A program made the position numbers and the translations under genes. This document shows positions 7,768-15,698 of a DNA stretch of 64,000 bases, piece by piece. The stretch lies in the NCBI GenBank assembly GCA_041485385.1, contig JBGPJM010000001.1, positions 421 through 64,420 of the forward strand, in the 5' to 3' direction. Origin of the DNA: Phycisphaerae bacterium. Its GTDB lineage: Bacteria; Planctomycetota; Phycisphaerae; Phycisphaerales; UBA1924. The notes under the pieces were generated by a model that was not told where the DNA came from, searched no databases, and saw only the letters and a list, made by a program, of their open reading frames with translations. Position 1 is the first letter of the stretch. Each line of letters opens with the position of its first letter.

Positions 7768-9000
7768 ATGGCCCGACCCGTACACGGAGAGCACCGGATG
7801 TCGTCCAAGAGCGTCCTCGTCCTCGGAGCCGGCAAGGTCGGCAAGTCGGTCGCCGAGCTCCTGCTGGGAACCGGCGGCGGGTCCTACCGCGTCACCATCG
7901 CCGACCGCGACGACGGCACACTCCGCGAAATCGACGGGAGCCTCGACCGCCTGCGGGCGCACGTCCCGCACCCCGTTGACGCCGCCACGCGCCGCGTCGA
8001 TGTCTCCGACGCCGGCGCCGTCCGTTCCGCCCTCAAGGGGCACGACTACGTCATCTGCATGCTCCCCTTCAACTTCGTCGCCGGCATCGCCGAGGCCGCC
8101 GGCGACCTGGGCGTCCACTACTTCGACGTCACCGAGGACGTCGAGACCACCGACCGCGTCAGGGCCATCGCCGCCCAGGGACGCGCCACCGTCGCCCTGG
8201 TCCCGCAGTGCGGCCTGGCCCCGGGGTACATCGCCATCGCCGCCTACGACATCGCCCGCGGCTTCAGCGAACTGCACGACCTCCGCCTGCGCGTCGGCGC
8301 CCTCCCTCAGTTCCCCACCAACGCCCTCAAGTACAACGTCACCTGGAGCGCCGCCGGCGTCGTCAACGAATACTGCGAGCCCTGCAACGTCATGCTCGGC
8401 GGCCGGCCCGTGCAGGTCCCCGCGCTCGAAGGCCTCGAGAACTTCTCCTTCGAGGGCGTCGAGTACGAGGCGTTCTACACCTCCGGCGGCATCGGCAGCC
8501 TCATCGAGACGCTCACCGCCGAGAAGCGCACGACTCCCGAAACCACCCTCGCCTACAAGACCATCCGATACCCCGGCCACTGCCAGATCATGAAGGTCCT
8601 GCTGCAGGACCTCCGCCTCGGCGTTGAGCACGCCGCCCCGACGCGCGACGGTACGAAGTTCGACCGCTCGCTCGCCGTGAGCCTCCTCGAGCACGCCCTG
8701 CCGCGGACCTTCCAGGACGTGGTCGTCGTCTTCATCAGCTGCATCGGCATCCGCAACGGCCGGCGCGAGCAGGTGAACTTCCGGCGCGCCATCCGCGCCA
8801 CCGAGGTGTTCGGGCGCGTCTGGCCGGCCATCGAGCTCACCACCGCCGCCGGCGTGTGCGCCATGGTCGACCTCCACCGCCTCGGCAAGCTCCCCCGCAC
8901 CGGCTTCGTCCGCCAGGAGCAGTGCACCCTGGACATGTTCAACCAGACCCCCTTCGGGCGCACGTTCGACGACGCCGGGGACCTGTCGCCGGCCACCTGA
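7768..9000 (+). CDS. Saccharopine dehydrogenase family NAD(P)-binding protein
   Basis: 410 aa. Rossmann motif VLVLGAGKVGKSVAELL, then LPFNF...YFDVTEDV and TSGG motifs of the saccharopine dehydrogenase-like family. The start could be M11 at 7798. Confidence 0.75.
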   Translation: MARPVHGEHRMSSKSVLVLGAGKVGKSVAELLLGTGGGSYRVTIADRDDGTLREIDGSLDRLRAHVPHPVDAATRRVDVSDAGAVRSALKGHDYVICMLPFNFVAGIAEAAGDLGVHYFDVTEDVETTDRVRAIAAQGRATVALVPQCGLAPGYIAIAAYDIARGFSELHDLRLRVGALPQFPTNALKYNVTWSAAGVVNEYCEPCNVMLGGRPVQVPALEGLENFSFEGVEYEAFYTSGGIGSLIETLTAEKRTTPETTLAYKTIRYPGHCQIMKVLLQDLRLGVEHAAPTRDGTKFDRSLAVSLLEHALPRTFQDVVVVFISCIGIRNGRREQVNFRRAIRATEVFGRVWPAIELTTAAGVCAMVDLHRLGKLPRTGFVRQEQCTLDMFNQTPFGRTFDDAGDLSPAT

Positions 9001-9080
9001 CGGCCTTCCCGATTGCCGCCGCGGCCCCCACCCGTGCCCGGCGCAAACGGCGTAGACTGGCGAGGATCCCGGAGGCCCTC

Positions 9081-10349
9081 ATGCTGAGCTGGTCCCTCAA
9101 GATCGGTTCCGTCCGCGGGATTCCCATCTTCATCCATTGGACCTTCCTGATCCTCATCGCCTGGATCATGGCCGGCCCGCTCCTGTCCGGCACGCCCGGC
9201 GCCGCGGCGGAGGGCCTCCGCAGCGCCGCGTTCGTCCTGGCCGTCTTCGCCTGCGTCGTCCTCCACGAGCTCGGGCACGCCCTGGCCGCGCGCCGTTTCG
9301 GCATCCGCACCATCGACATCACCCTCCTCCCCATCGGCGGCGTCGCGCGGCTGGAGAAGATGCCCGAGAAGCCGATGCAGGAGCTCATCGTCGCCCTGGC
9401 CGGGCCCGCCGTGAACGCCGTCATCGCCGCCCTCGTCGTTCCCGCGGTGCTGGCCACCGCGGGCGCCGAGGCCTTCACCGGCGCCGCGGCCATCGGCCAC
9501 CATCGCGCCCACTTCCTGGCCAGCCTCGGCGCCGTCAACGTCACCCTCCTCCTCTTCAACCTCATCCCGGCCTTCCCCATGGACGGCGGGCGCGTCCTGC
9601 GCGCCCTGCTCGCCATGAGCATGGGCCGGCCCAAGGCGACCCGCATCGCCGCGATCGTCGGGCAGGCCCTGGCCGTCGTCTTCGCGCTCCTGGGCTTGCT
9701 CAACGGGCACGTCCTGCTCATGCTCGTCGCCCTGTTCGTCTTCCTGGGAGCGGGCGCGGAGGCGCACGCGGAACAGTTCCGATCGGCTCTGCGCGGCCTG
9801 CCCGCCTCCGCGGCCATGATCACGCGCTTCGTCTGCCTGCGCGAGTCCGACACGCTCCGCAGGGCCGTGCAGGAGCTCCTTGCCGGCAGCCAGCAGGATT
9901 TCCCCGTGCTGGCCGACGGCGCCGGCGCCGCCGATGCCTCGGCCCTGGTCGGCGTCCTCACCCGCGCCGACCTGCTCCGCGCGCTCGCCGAGGGCATCGG
10001 CGCCGACCCCGCGGGCGACCAGCCGACGGTCGGCGCGATCATGCGCCGGCCGTGCCCGGTGGCCCTCGAGGATGAGGACCTCCAGGCCGCGCTGGATCGT
10101 GTCCGCGCGGAAGCACGCTGTGGGCCCGACGGCGCGCCCGCCGACGCCGCGGGCATCATGGGCTGCCCCGTCATCGCGGTGGTGCGCCGCGCGCCCGAGA
10201 TACCGCCCCGTGACGACCCGTCCGGGCGCGCCCAGGGGCGCCTCGTCGGCGTCCTGACCCCGGACAACGTCGTGGAGCTCGTGATGATCCGCTCCGCGTC
10301 GGAGCGCCGGCGCGATGCACGTGCCGTCACGGTCCCCGCTTCGCGATGA
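9081..10349 (+). CDS. Site-2 protease (peptidase M50) with C-terminal CBS pair
   Basis: Start at M76 of ORF 8856..10349 (MLSWSLKIGSVRGIPIFIHWTF). HExxH in VVLHELGHALAARRFG. LLFNLIPAFPMDGGRVLRA contains the M50 DG motif. C-terminal CBS-like segments. Confidence 0.88.
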   Translation: MLSWSLKIGSVRGIPIFIHWTFLILIAWIMAGPLLSGTPGAAAEGLRSAAFVLAVFACVVLHELGHALAARRFGIRTIDITLLPIGGVARLEKMPEKPMQELIVALAGPAVNAVIAALVVPAVLATAGAEAFTGAAAIGHHRAHFLASLGAVNVTLLLFNLIPAFPMDGGRVLRALLAMSMGRPKATRIAAIVGQALAVVFALLGLLNGHVLLMLVALFVFLGAGAEAHAEQFRSALRGLPASAAMITRFVCLRESDTLRRAVQELLAGSQQDFPVLADGAGAADASALVGVLTRADLLRALAEGIGADPAGDQPTVGAIMRRPCPVALEDEDLQAALDRVRAEARCGPDGAPADAAGIMGCPVIAVVRRAPEIPPRDDPSGRAQGRLVGVLTPDNVVELVMIRSASERRRDARAVTVPASR

Positions 10350-10363
10350 GACATTCCCCCGAC

Positions 10364-10384
10364 CCCCCATCCCACATCCCCCAT
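10364..10384. repeat. (CCCMCAT)x3 heptamer repeat
   Basis: cccccat cccacat cccccat. Its reverse complement ATGKGGG is the same word as in the palindrome at 53426-53455. Confidence 0.6.
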
Positions 10385-10704
10385 CACTCCCGCGCCCGCC
10401 TCCCCCTCTTCTTCTCGAACTCCGGCACCGCCACCCCCCGCTCCACCAGCAGCACCCGCCACGCCTCCCCGGCCGGCCCGCCTCGCTCGCTGAACCGCCC
10501 GCTCTCGGCCCGCTGAACCAGCGACAACAGATCCGTCGCCGAGAAGACCCACGTCCGCCCGCCGTGCGTCGGCCCGCTCACCCTCGCGGCCTTGCGGATC
10601 GTGTCGAACGTCTTGGCCGACAGCCCGCTGACATCCAGCAGCTCCTGCTTCGTCCAGCCCTCGGGCGCCTCGACAGGCGGCGATATATTCTGTCCACGTC
10701 CCAT
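10384..10704 (-). CDS. Hypothetical small protein (possible HTH DNA-binding)
   Basis: 106 aa from the internal ATG of ORF 10384..12090. MGRGQNISPPVEAPEGWTKQELLDVSGLSAKTFDTIRKAARVSGPTHGGRTWVFSATDLLSLVQRAESG has normal composition. The rest of the listed 568-aa ORF is read-through of the repeat element. Confidence 0.5.
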   Translation of the reverse strand: MGRGQNISPPVEAPEGWTKQELLDVSGLSAKTFDTIRKAARVSGPTHGGRTWVFSATDLLSLVQRAESGRFSERGGPAGEAWRVLLVERGVAVPEFEKKRGRRARE

Positions 10705-10761
10705 GCTCTGATCGTTGCACCCTTGCGGGCGTGGAAAGCGGAAAACAGGACGCCGGGACAC

Positions 10762-10840
10762 GGGGAAGGGGAGACTGGGGGACTGGGGGGACGGGGAGAC
10801 GGGGCGACGGGGAGATGGGGAGACGGGGAGATGGGGAGAC
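10762..10840. repeat. (GGGGAGAY)n G-tract array, 11 runs of four or more G in 79 nt
   Basis: ggggaaggggagactgggggactggggggacggggagacggggcgacggggagatggggagacggggagatggggagac, read directly from the sequence. Lies between divergent starts at 10704 (minus) and 10936 (plus). Confidence 0.85.
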
Positions 10841-10935
10841 GAAGGATGACGGTTCCCCCTTTCCGCATACGCCGCCCGCGCCCGCACAGCCCGGTACACT
10901 CCCCGCCCAACGCCTTCACCTCCCGGAGTCCCCGC

Positions 10936-11496
10936 ATGACCTGCCCGACCTTCCGTCTCCGCGCCCTCATCGCCGCCGTCTGCCTCGCCTCCATCGCCGG
11001 CGCCGTGATCGCGTTCCAGGCCGCGCAGCCCGAGCCGGCCTCGCCCGGTTCCAGGCAACCCTCCCCGCCCCCGCAGCCCGGCCAGCCAGGTGAACGCGGT
11101 CGCCCGGGCGGCCCCGGCGCCGAGGGCCGCCCGATCAGTATCGAGGGCGCGATGAAGACCATGAACGGCTCGCTCAGGCGCCTCAGGGGCCAGATCGCCG
11201 ACCCCGCCAAGAAAGTCGAGAACCTCCGCCTCATCAACGACATGCAACGCGGCTGCGTCATGGCCAAGGGCCAGCCCCTCCCGCCCGACCGCGTCGAAGA
11301 CGCCAAGGACGACGCGGCCAAGGCCAAGCTCAACGAAACCTTCCGCAGGGACCTCATGGCCGCGATGCGCACGCTCCTGGACATCGAACAGGACCTCATG
11401 GACGGCAAGGCCGACTCCGCCAAAGCACGCTTGGAGGAAGTCATCAAAGCCCGCGACGCCGCGCACAAAGAGTTCGGCGTCAAGGAAGACGAGTGA
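10936..11496 (+). CDS. Cytochrome b562-like four-helix-bundle protein with N-terminal signal/anchor
   Basis: Internal ATG of ORF 10315..11496. MTCPTFRLRALIAAVCLASIAGAVIAF, a Pro/Gly linker, then IEGAMKTMNGSLRRLRGQI ... EVIKARDAAHKEFG. This mirrors b562 (LEDNMETLNDNLKVIEK ... TTRNAYHQKYR), including candidate Met and His haem ligands. Confidence 0.6.
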   Translation: MTCPTFRLRALIAAVCLASIAGAVIAFQAAQPEPASPGSRQPSPPPQPGQPGERGRPGGPGAEGRPISIEGAMKTMNGSLRRLRGQIADPAKKVENLRLINDMQRGCVMAKGQPLPPDRVEDAKDDAAKAKLNETFRRDLMAAMRTLLDIEQDLMDGKADSAKARLEEVIKARDAAHKEFGVKEDE

Positions 11497-11557
11497 TCGG
11501 CAAGCGGTACGGCGCGCCCCCTCCTCTCCGTGCCCCCAGCGCCTCTGCGAGAGCCTC

Positions 11558-12728
11558 TGAGGTTCCGTGAGGTTCGGCGAGGTTCGGCGAGGTTTGGCGA
11601 GGTTTGGCGAGGTTTGGCATGGGTTTTTTGAGGTTCGATGGGGGTTTTCTGAGGTTCGGCGAGGTTTTTTGAGGTTTCGAGAGGTTTTTTGAGATTCATT
11701 TTCGGGGTGTTTTTGATGTAAGTTGTTGTAGCGTGGGGAGTTGTGTTGGTTCGAGGTGGCTTGGTTGGGTCGGGGGCTGAAAATGCATCGCTCGAAAAGA
11801 AGTGAGCAGTAAGCAGTGAGCAGTGAGCAGTGAGCAGAAGAGGGGAGAAGAGGGGCGTGGGGGAGAGGGGACGAGAAGGGTCGAGAGATGTTGAGAAGGG
11901 TCGAGAGTTTTTGAGAAAAGCAGAGAAGGGCGGGGAAGGGTCGAGAGAAGCAGGGCAGGGTTTTTGTGTAAGTGCTTGTGATATTGAGAGTTGTGATTTT
12001 TGAAGTGGTGTTTTTCGCGGCGAGGGGATTGAGTTTCTCGGGGTTTTTGGGTGATTTTTGAGGGTCGGCGCGGCGGCGTGATCGCTGCAAGTTGCTTTCT
12101 GCAAAGCACGTGTGTTGATGCCTGGCTGATTGGACGCGGTTCTGAAATTCGTGTGCTCCTGGGATGGGGAGGCGTTGAGGCGTGGGGGCGTGGAGGCGTT
12201 CAGACGTGGGGCGGGCGCGGAGCGTGCGCGCGACGTCTCTCTACCCATGGGCCGTCGGTCCTGTTTGCGCGCGCAGAATGGGAATCGGCGGGGGTCGAAT
12301 CGCGTAAGTGCTTGTGGCGCAAGGAGAAGAAAATTTTGAGGTTTGCGCTTTTGCGCGCGCCGGGCGCGCCTGTTCTGCGCGCGCAAACTGGCTCCACCGT
12401 TCAGGGGGGCTGGTTGCCGCGGTGGCCGCGGGTGCCCAGATGGCCGCGGGTGGGCGGGGTGGGGTGGTGTGATGCGCACAGCCTGCGACTTCCGTCGTGG
12501 AGATGACGACTCGCTGCGCATCGTGGCTCGTGGGGTGCGTCCGCGGTTGATTGGGGACCGGATGCGGGGCGGTGGCCGCGCTCCTCTCGAGAGGCAGAGG
12601 GCATAGCCCCGACCTCGACGCCCGCGCGATCGCGGACGCACCGGACGAGCCCCCGCGGACCGCGTCCCCGCGCTCCGCCCGCCCGCTGCGCGAGGCGGCT
12701 CGTCGGGTACGGTCCCCGCGAAATTCAG
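11558..12728 (+). repeat. Copy A of a ~1.15-kb non-coding G+T-skewed element
   Basis: Aligns end to end with 52257-53398 in the same orientation, with many substitutions and small indels. Contains (GAGGTTYGGC)x6 at 11559-11618, (GTGAGCA)x5 at 11802-11836, phased T-tracts and a conserved core at 12263-12388. No believable protein in any frame. Confidence 0.85.
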
Positions 12729-13051
12729 GGTGGGACCGGTGAACGGGGCGAGCCGTTCGGTTGGACCGCGAAGTGCGGCAAGAACAATTTCAGGAATCGC
12801 GCAAGGAAGCTGCCCGAGCACAGCACAGGCTTCCAGGACGCCGGCCCGCGCTCCTGCCGGCCCGCCGACGAGCTCCTCGCCACGAAGCACGCGGGCGCGG
12901 GCCGGACCAAGGGCGCGGCCTTCGGCCCGGCTCGCGAACCGGGCGAGCCCCTCAAGGCCGAGTGCCTGCGTCGGCGGGCGGCGGAAGCACCGCGACCTTT
13001 CGCCGCCGCCCCGCACTCCGGGCAGGGCTCTCCGCGCCGATGCCGCGGCGG

Positions 13052-15694
13052 TCAGGGGCAACCGGCGAAGAACGCCGGAAGGAAGTCGAAGAAGTCCTGA
13101 GCCGTGGTCATGCCGTCGGCGTTGAAGTCGGCGCGGCCGGCGAAGAACGCGTTCAGGAAGTCGAAGAAGTCCTGTGAGTTGGCGGAGCCGTCGTTGTTGA
13201 AGTCGGCGGGGCAGGGGCTGTTGGAGCAAGCGCCGGGCGTCGCGGCGGGCGTGAGGCTGAACGACCTGGGACTGGGAGGGAAGAGCGAGTCGGAGGGGAT
13301 CTGCAGGGTGTCAAGTCCCTGAGAGTCCTTCAGTCCGACGGTGACATCGGACGTGTCGCCTGGGAAACCGCTGAACGTGCTGCGGTCGTCGAGTTCGGCG
13401 TAGCGGAGTTCGATGCGGTTCGAGCTTTCGAAGAGCACGACCTGGAAGGTGTCCGTACCGTCAAACCAGCCGCCGGGCATGTGTTGCCATGAGGCGATGA
13501 ATCGGCGGGAGCCGGGGATGCCGTCGGTGCGGACATACATGGCACCGCCGATCGGATACAGATCATCCCAGAGGGCGAAGATGGCGTTGTTGGGCGGGGT
13601 GGAGTAGAACCGATTGGTGTTCTGGGCCACGCCCAGCGGCTGGTTGCCGAAGGCGAGATAGCCGTTGTCGCCGATGCCGATGCTGGTGTAGCGGCGGCCG
13701 TAGAACTCAAACTCAAAGCCGATGTCGACGGATCGACCGGTGTTGTTGGCCAGCACGATCGGAGTGCCATCGGCGGAAATATCTTCAAAGGGTGCATCGG
13801 CCTCGGCTTGTGTGTAGGCGGCGCTGGGGCAGACGGTGTTCTCGCCGGAGAATCGGCCGAACTGGGCGGCGCAGTCGGCGGCGGTGGTCAGCGAGCAGCC
13901 GTTCTGCGTGCAGCAGGCGCCCAGTGGCTGCGAATCGATCGTCAGGATGTAGCGTGTGGGTAGCGCGCAGGGCCAGTCCCAGAAGAGACCCGAGTTGTTG
14001 CCGGAATCCGGGAAGACGAGCACGCCGAAACGCCCGGCGGGCAGTGTGAATGAAAGGCTGGCAGGGCCGGCGCAGCGAGTGAGTTCCAAATCGTTGGCGA
14101 TCACCTCGGCCGGGCAGGTGTCGGACATCAGCAGGACGCGCACGGGGAACTCGGCGGTCACGTTGATCGTGACGAAGGCGGGGTGGTCGAGCGTGCAACG
14201 GTACCAGTCGAAGTCGCGTCTGCCGCCGTTGGCATAACTGGAACCCCAGACAGTGATGTTGGGCGAGGGCAGGTCCTGGAAGAGCGGCGGGTCGCCTGGG
14301 GCGTAACCCCTGCAGCCGTAGTTGTTCTGCTGGCCGCATAATTCGGGCTCGATGAATGCGCCGGCGGGCTGGGTGAGGCAGGGGAGGATCGGCGCCGAGG
14401 TGCTGAGGGTAAGGGTGCCGGTGCCGGAGTCGCCGCCATCGCCGGCGATGCGAACAAGGTAACTGCGCCCGGCGATCGCGTTGAACCGGGCATCCATGCG
14501 GCCTCCGCAACTGATCCCGTTGATGAAGCGAAGGACCGATCGGGAGCAGACGAGTTCCGTGTCGGTGGCCTGGTCGATCACCGACATGACGCCGTCGTAG
14601 AGATACCCCCCGCCAGTTGCGCAGGAGACGAGAGTGACGAGGTTGTCGACCGACGCCTGATAGACGAACCAAATGTCATTGGCAGTGAACCCGCCGCCGC
14701 CGTCGCAGGTGGACGAGCCGTCCGTGAGCGCCCCGCGGGTGGTGAACGGGTTGGCACCTTCAACCAGCGGGGCGGCGTTGGCTCGCAGATCGTTGGGCGG
14801 CGGCTGGACGATCGTGACGGACAACTCGCCCATGTAGCCGTTTGGAAGGGGAACGCCTTCTGAATGGCCCGCCGTGCTCGACGCTACGCGGAGAAGCACG
14901 ACTTGGCCAATGGTGACGGGCAAGGAAAGCGAAGCCTGCGATGCGCACGCGAACGGGGATGAGCCGCACGAGTCGAACGCGGCAGTCGTCCATCCGCCGC
15001 TCACTATCGCAACACCGGACGCGGCGGCCGTGTACCTGAACCAAACATCCCTCACGCCGCCAAAGGTATCCGAACCGCAGGGAGCACTGATCTCGGTGGC
15101 CGCGGCGAGGCTGCTGAAGGCAAGGGGTGTGTCGGCGAAGAGGTCGATCGCATCGACGCACACGTCATTAGCGGGCGGAGGCAGCATCGTAATCGTGAAG
15201 GTGCCGATGACGGAAGATGGACCGACCGGGCCGTTCGTAGGTCCGCCGATGCGGATGAGGATGCTCTGGCCTTCGGAAACGTTGACGTACACCTGCGAGA
15301 TGACACAGAATGGGTTGGAGGAACCATCGTCGCCGACGGGATCGCACGCCAGTTCCGTGCCGCCGCAGGATGACTGGACAGTCAGTGTTGCAGCGTTGTA
15401 CCAATAGTCAGGCTCGAATGGGGTGCTGCAGGCGACGATCCAGGCCGCTCCCGCCGAGGGGGCGGTGAAACTGAACCAGACGTCTCCGCGAACGTCGCCG
15501 CCGGGGCTGTTGGCGGCAACGCACGGCCAGGGATCGGCGCTGCGCGTGGCGGTGGTGGTGTCGAACGCCTCCTCGGTGTCGATCACGACGGGAATCGCAC
15601 CCGAACACTCGTCGTTGGCGGGTTGCGCCCGCACCGACGTCTCGATGAATAGCAGGGACGCACACCCAACAAGGACGGAGCAACAACATCGCAT
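13052..15694 (-). CDS. Large secreted protein with PxNDxC-initiated modules and a C-terminal double dockerin-like (GC-type) tag
   Basis: ORF 13052..15742. Probable start is M17 (MRCCCSVLVGCASLLFIETSVRAQ, signal peptide). At least three modules begin PANDEC / PPANDVC / PPPNDLR. A NIDO-like IGDNGYLAFGN segment follows. The C-terminus is [53 protein letters not shown]. Confidence 0.85.
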   Translation of the reverse strand: MRCCCSVLVGCASLLFIETSVRAQPANDECSGAIPVVIDTEEAFDTTTATRSADPWPCVAANSPGGDVRGDVWFSFTAPSAGAAWIVACSTPFEPDYWYNAATLTVQSSCGGTELACDPVGDDGSSNPFCVISQVYVNVSEGQSILIRIGGPTNGPVGPSSVIGTFTITMLPPPANDVCVDAIDLFADTPLAFSSLAAATEISAPCGSDTFGGVRDVWFRYTAAASGVAIVSGGWTTAAFDSCGSSPFACASQASLSLPVTIGQVVLLRVASSTAGHSEGVPLPNGYMGELSVTIVQPPPNDLRANAAPLVEGANPFTTRGALTDGSSTCDGGGGFTANDIWFVYQASVDNLVTLVSCATGGGYLYDGVMSVIDQATDTELVCSRSVLRFINGISCGGRMDARFNAIAGRSYLVRIAGDGGDSGTGTLTLSTSAPILPCLTQPAGAFIEPELCGQQNNYGCRGYAPGDPPLFQDLPSPNITVWGSSYANGGRRDFDWYRCTLDHPAFVTINVTAEFPVRVLLMSDTCPAEVIANDLELTRCAGPASLSFTLPAGRFGVLVFPDSGNNSGLFWDWPCALPTRYILTIDSQPLGACCTQNGCSLTTAADCAAQFGRFSGENTVCPSAAYTQAEADAPFEDISADGTPIVLANNTGRSVDIGFEFEFYGRRYTSIGIGDNGYLAFGNQPLGVAQNTNRFYSTPPNNAIFALWDDLYPIGGAMYVRTDGIPGSRRFIASWQHMPGGWFDGTDTFQVVLFESSNRIELRYAELDDRSTFSGFPGDTSDVTVGLKDSQGLDTLQIPSDSLFPPSPRSFSLTPAATPGACSNSPCPADFNNDGSANSQDFFDFLNAFFAGRADFNADGMTTAQDFFDFLPAFFAGCP

Positions 15695-15698
15695 CGTT

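Noticed and set aside
11559-11720. Possible CRISPR array suggested by regularly repeated GAGGTT words (also considered for 10762-10840)
   Set aside because: The repeat period is only 7-10 nt with no unique spacers of 25-40 nt. There are no cas genes and no leader. These are microsatellite-type tandem repeats.
12288-12304. tRNA T-arm-like strings (GGCGGGGGTCGAATCGCG here; CCCGTCGGTTCGAACGGG at 42199-42216)
   Set aside because: No acceptor stem, D-arm or anticodon arm can be drawn around either string. The first is part of the repeat core present in both copies.
11497-13051. Interpretation of the 1.15-kb repeats as IS elements or as boundaries of a genomic island (11.5-53.4 kb)
   Set aside because: No transposase, integrase, tRNA attachment site, terminal inverted repeats or direct target duplications are visible. 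The 40 kb between the copies contains core housekeeping genes (ftsH, aroA, apt, sdhCAB).
10578-13229. 883-aa minus-strand ORF (and the 568-aa ORF 10384..12090) spanning element copy A
   Set aside because: The ORF runs antisense through the cytochrome b562-like gene. Its translation is low-complexity (P/S/T/K/R-rich). The two element copies are in different relative frames over the central region. The absence of stops is noteworthy, but I attribute it to the strand composition skew and word repetition. A formal coding-potential test is still advisable.
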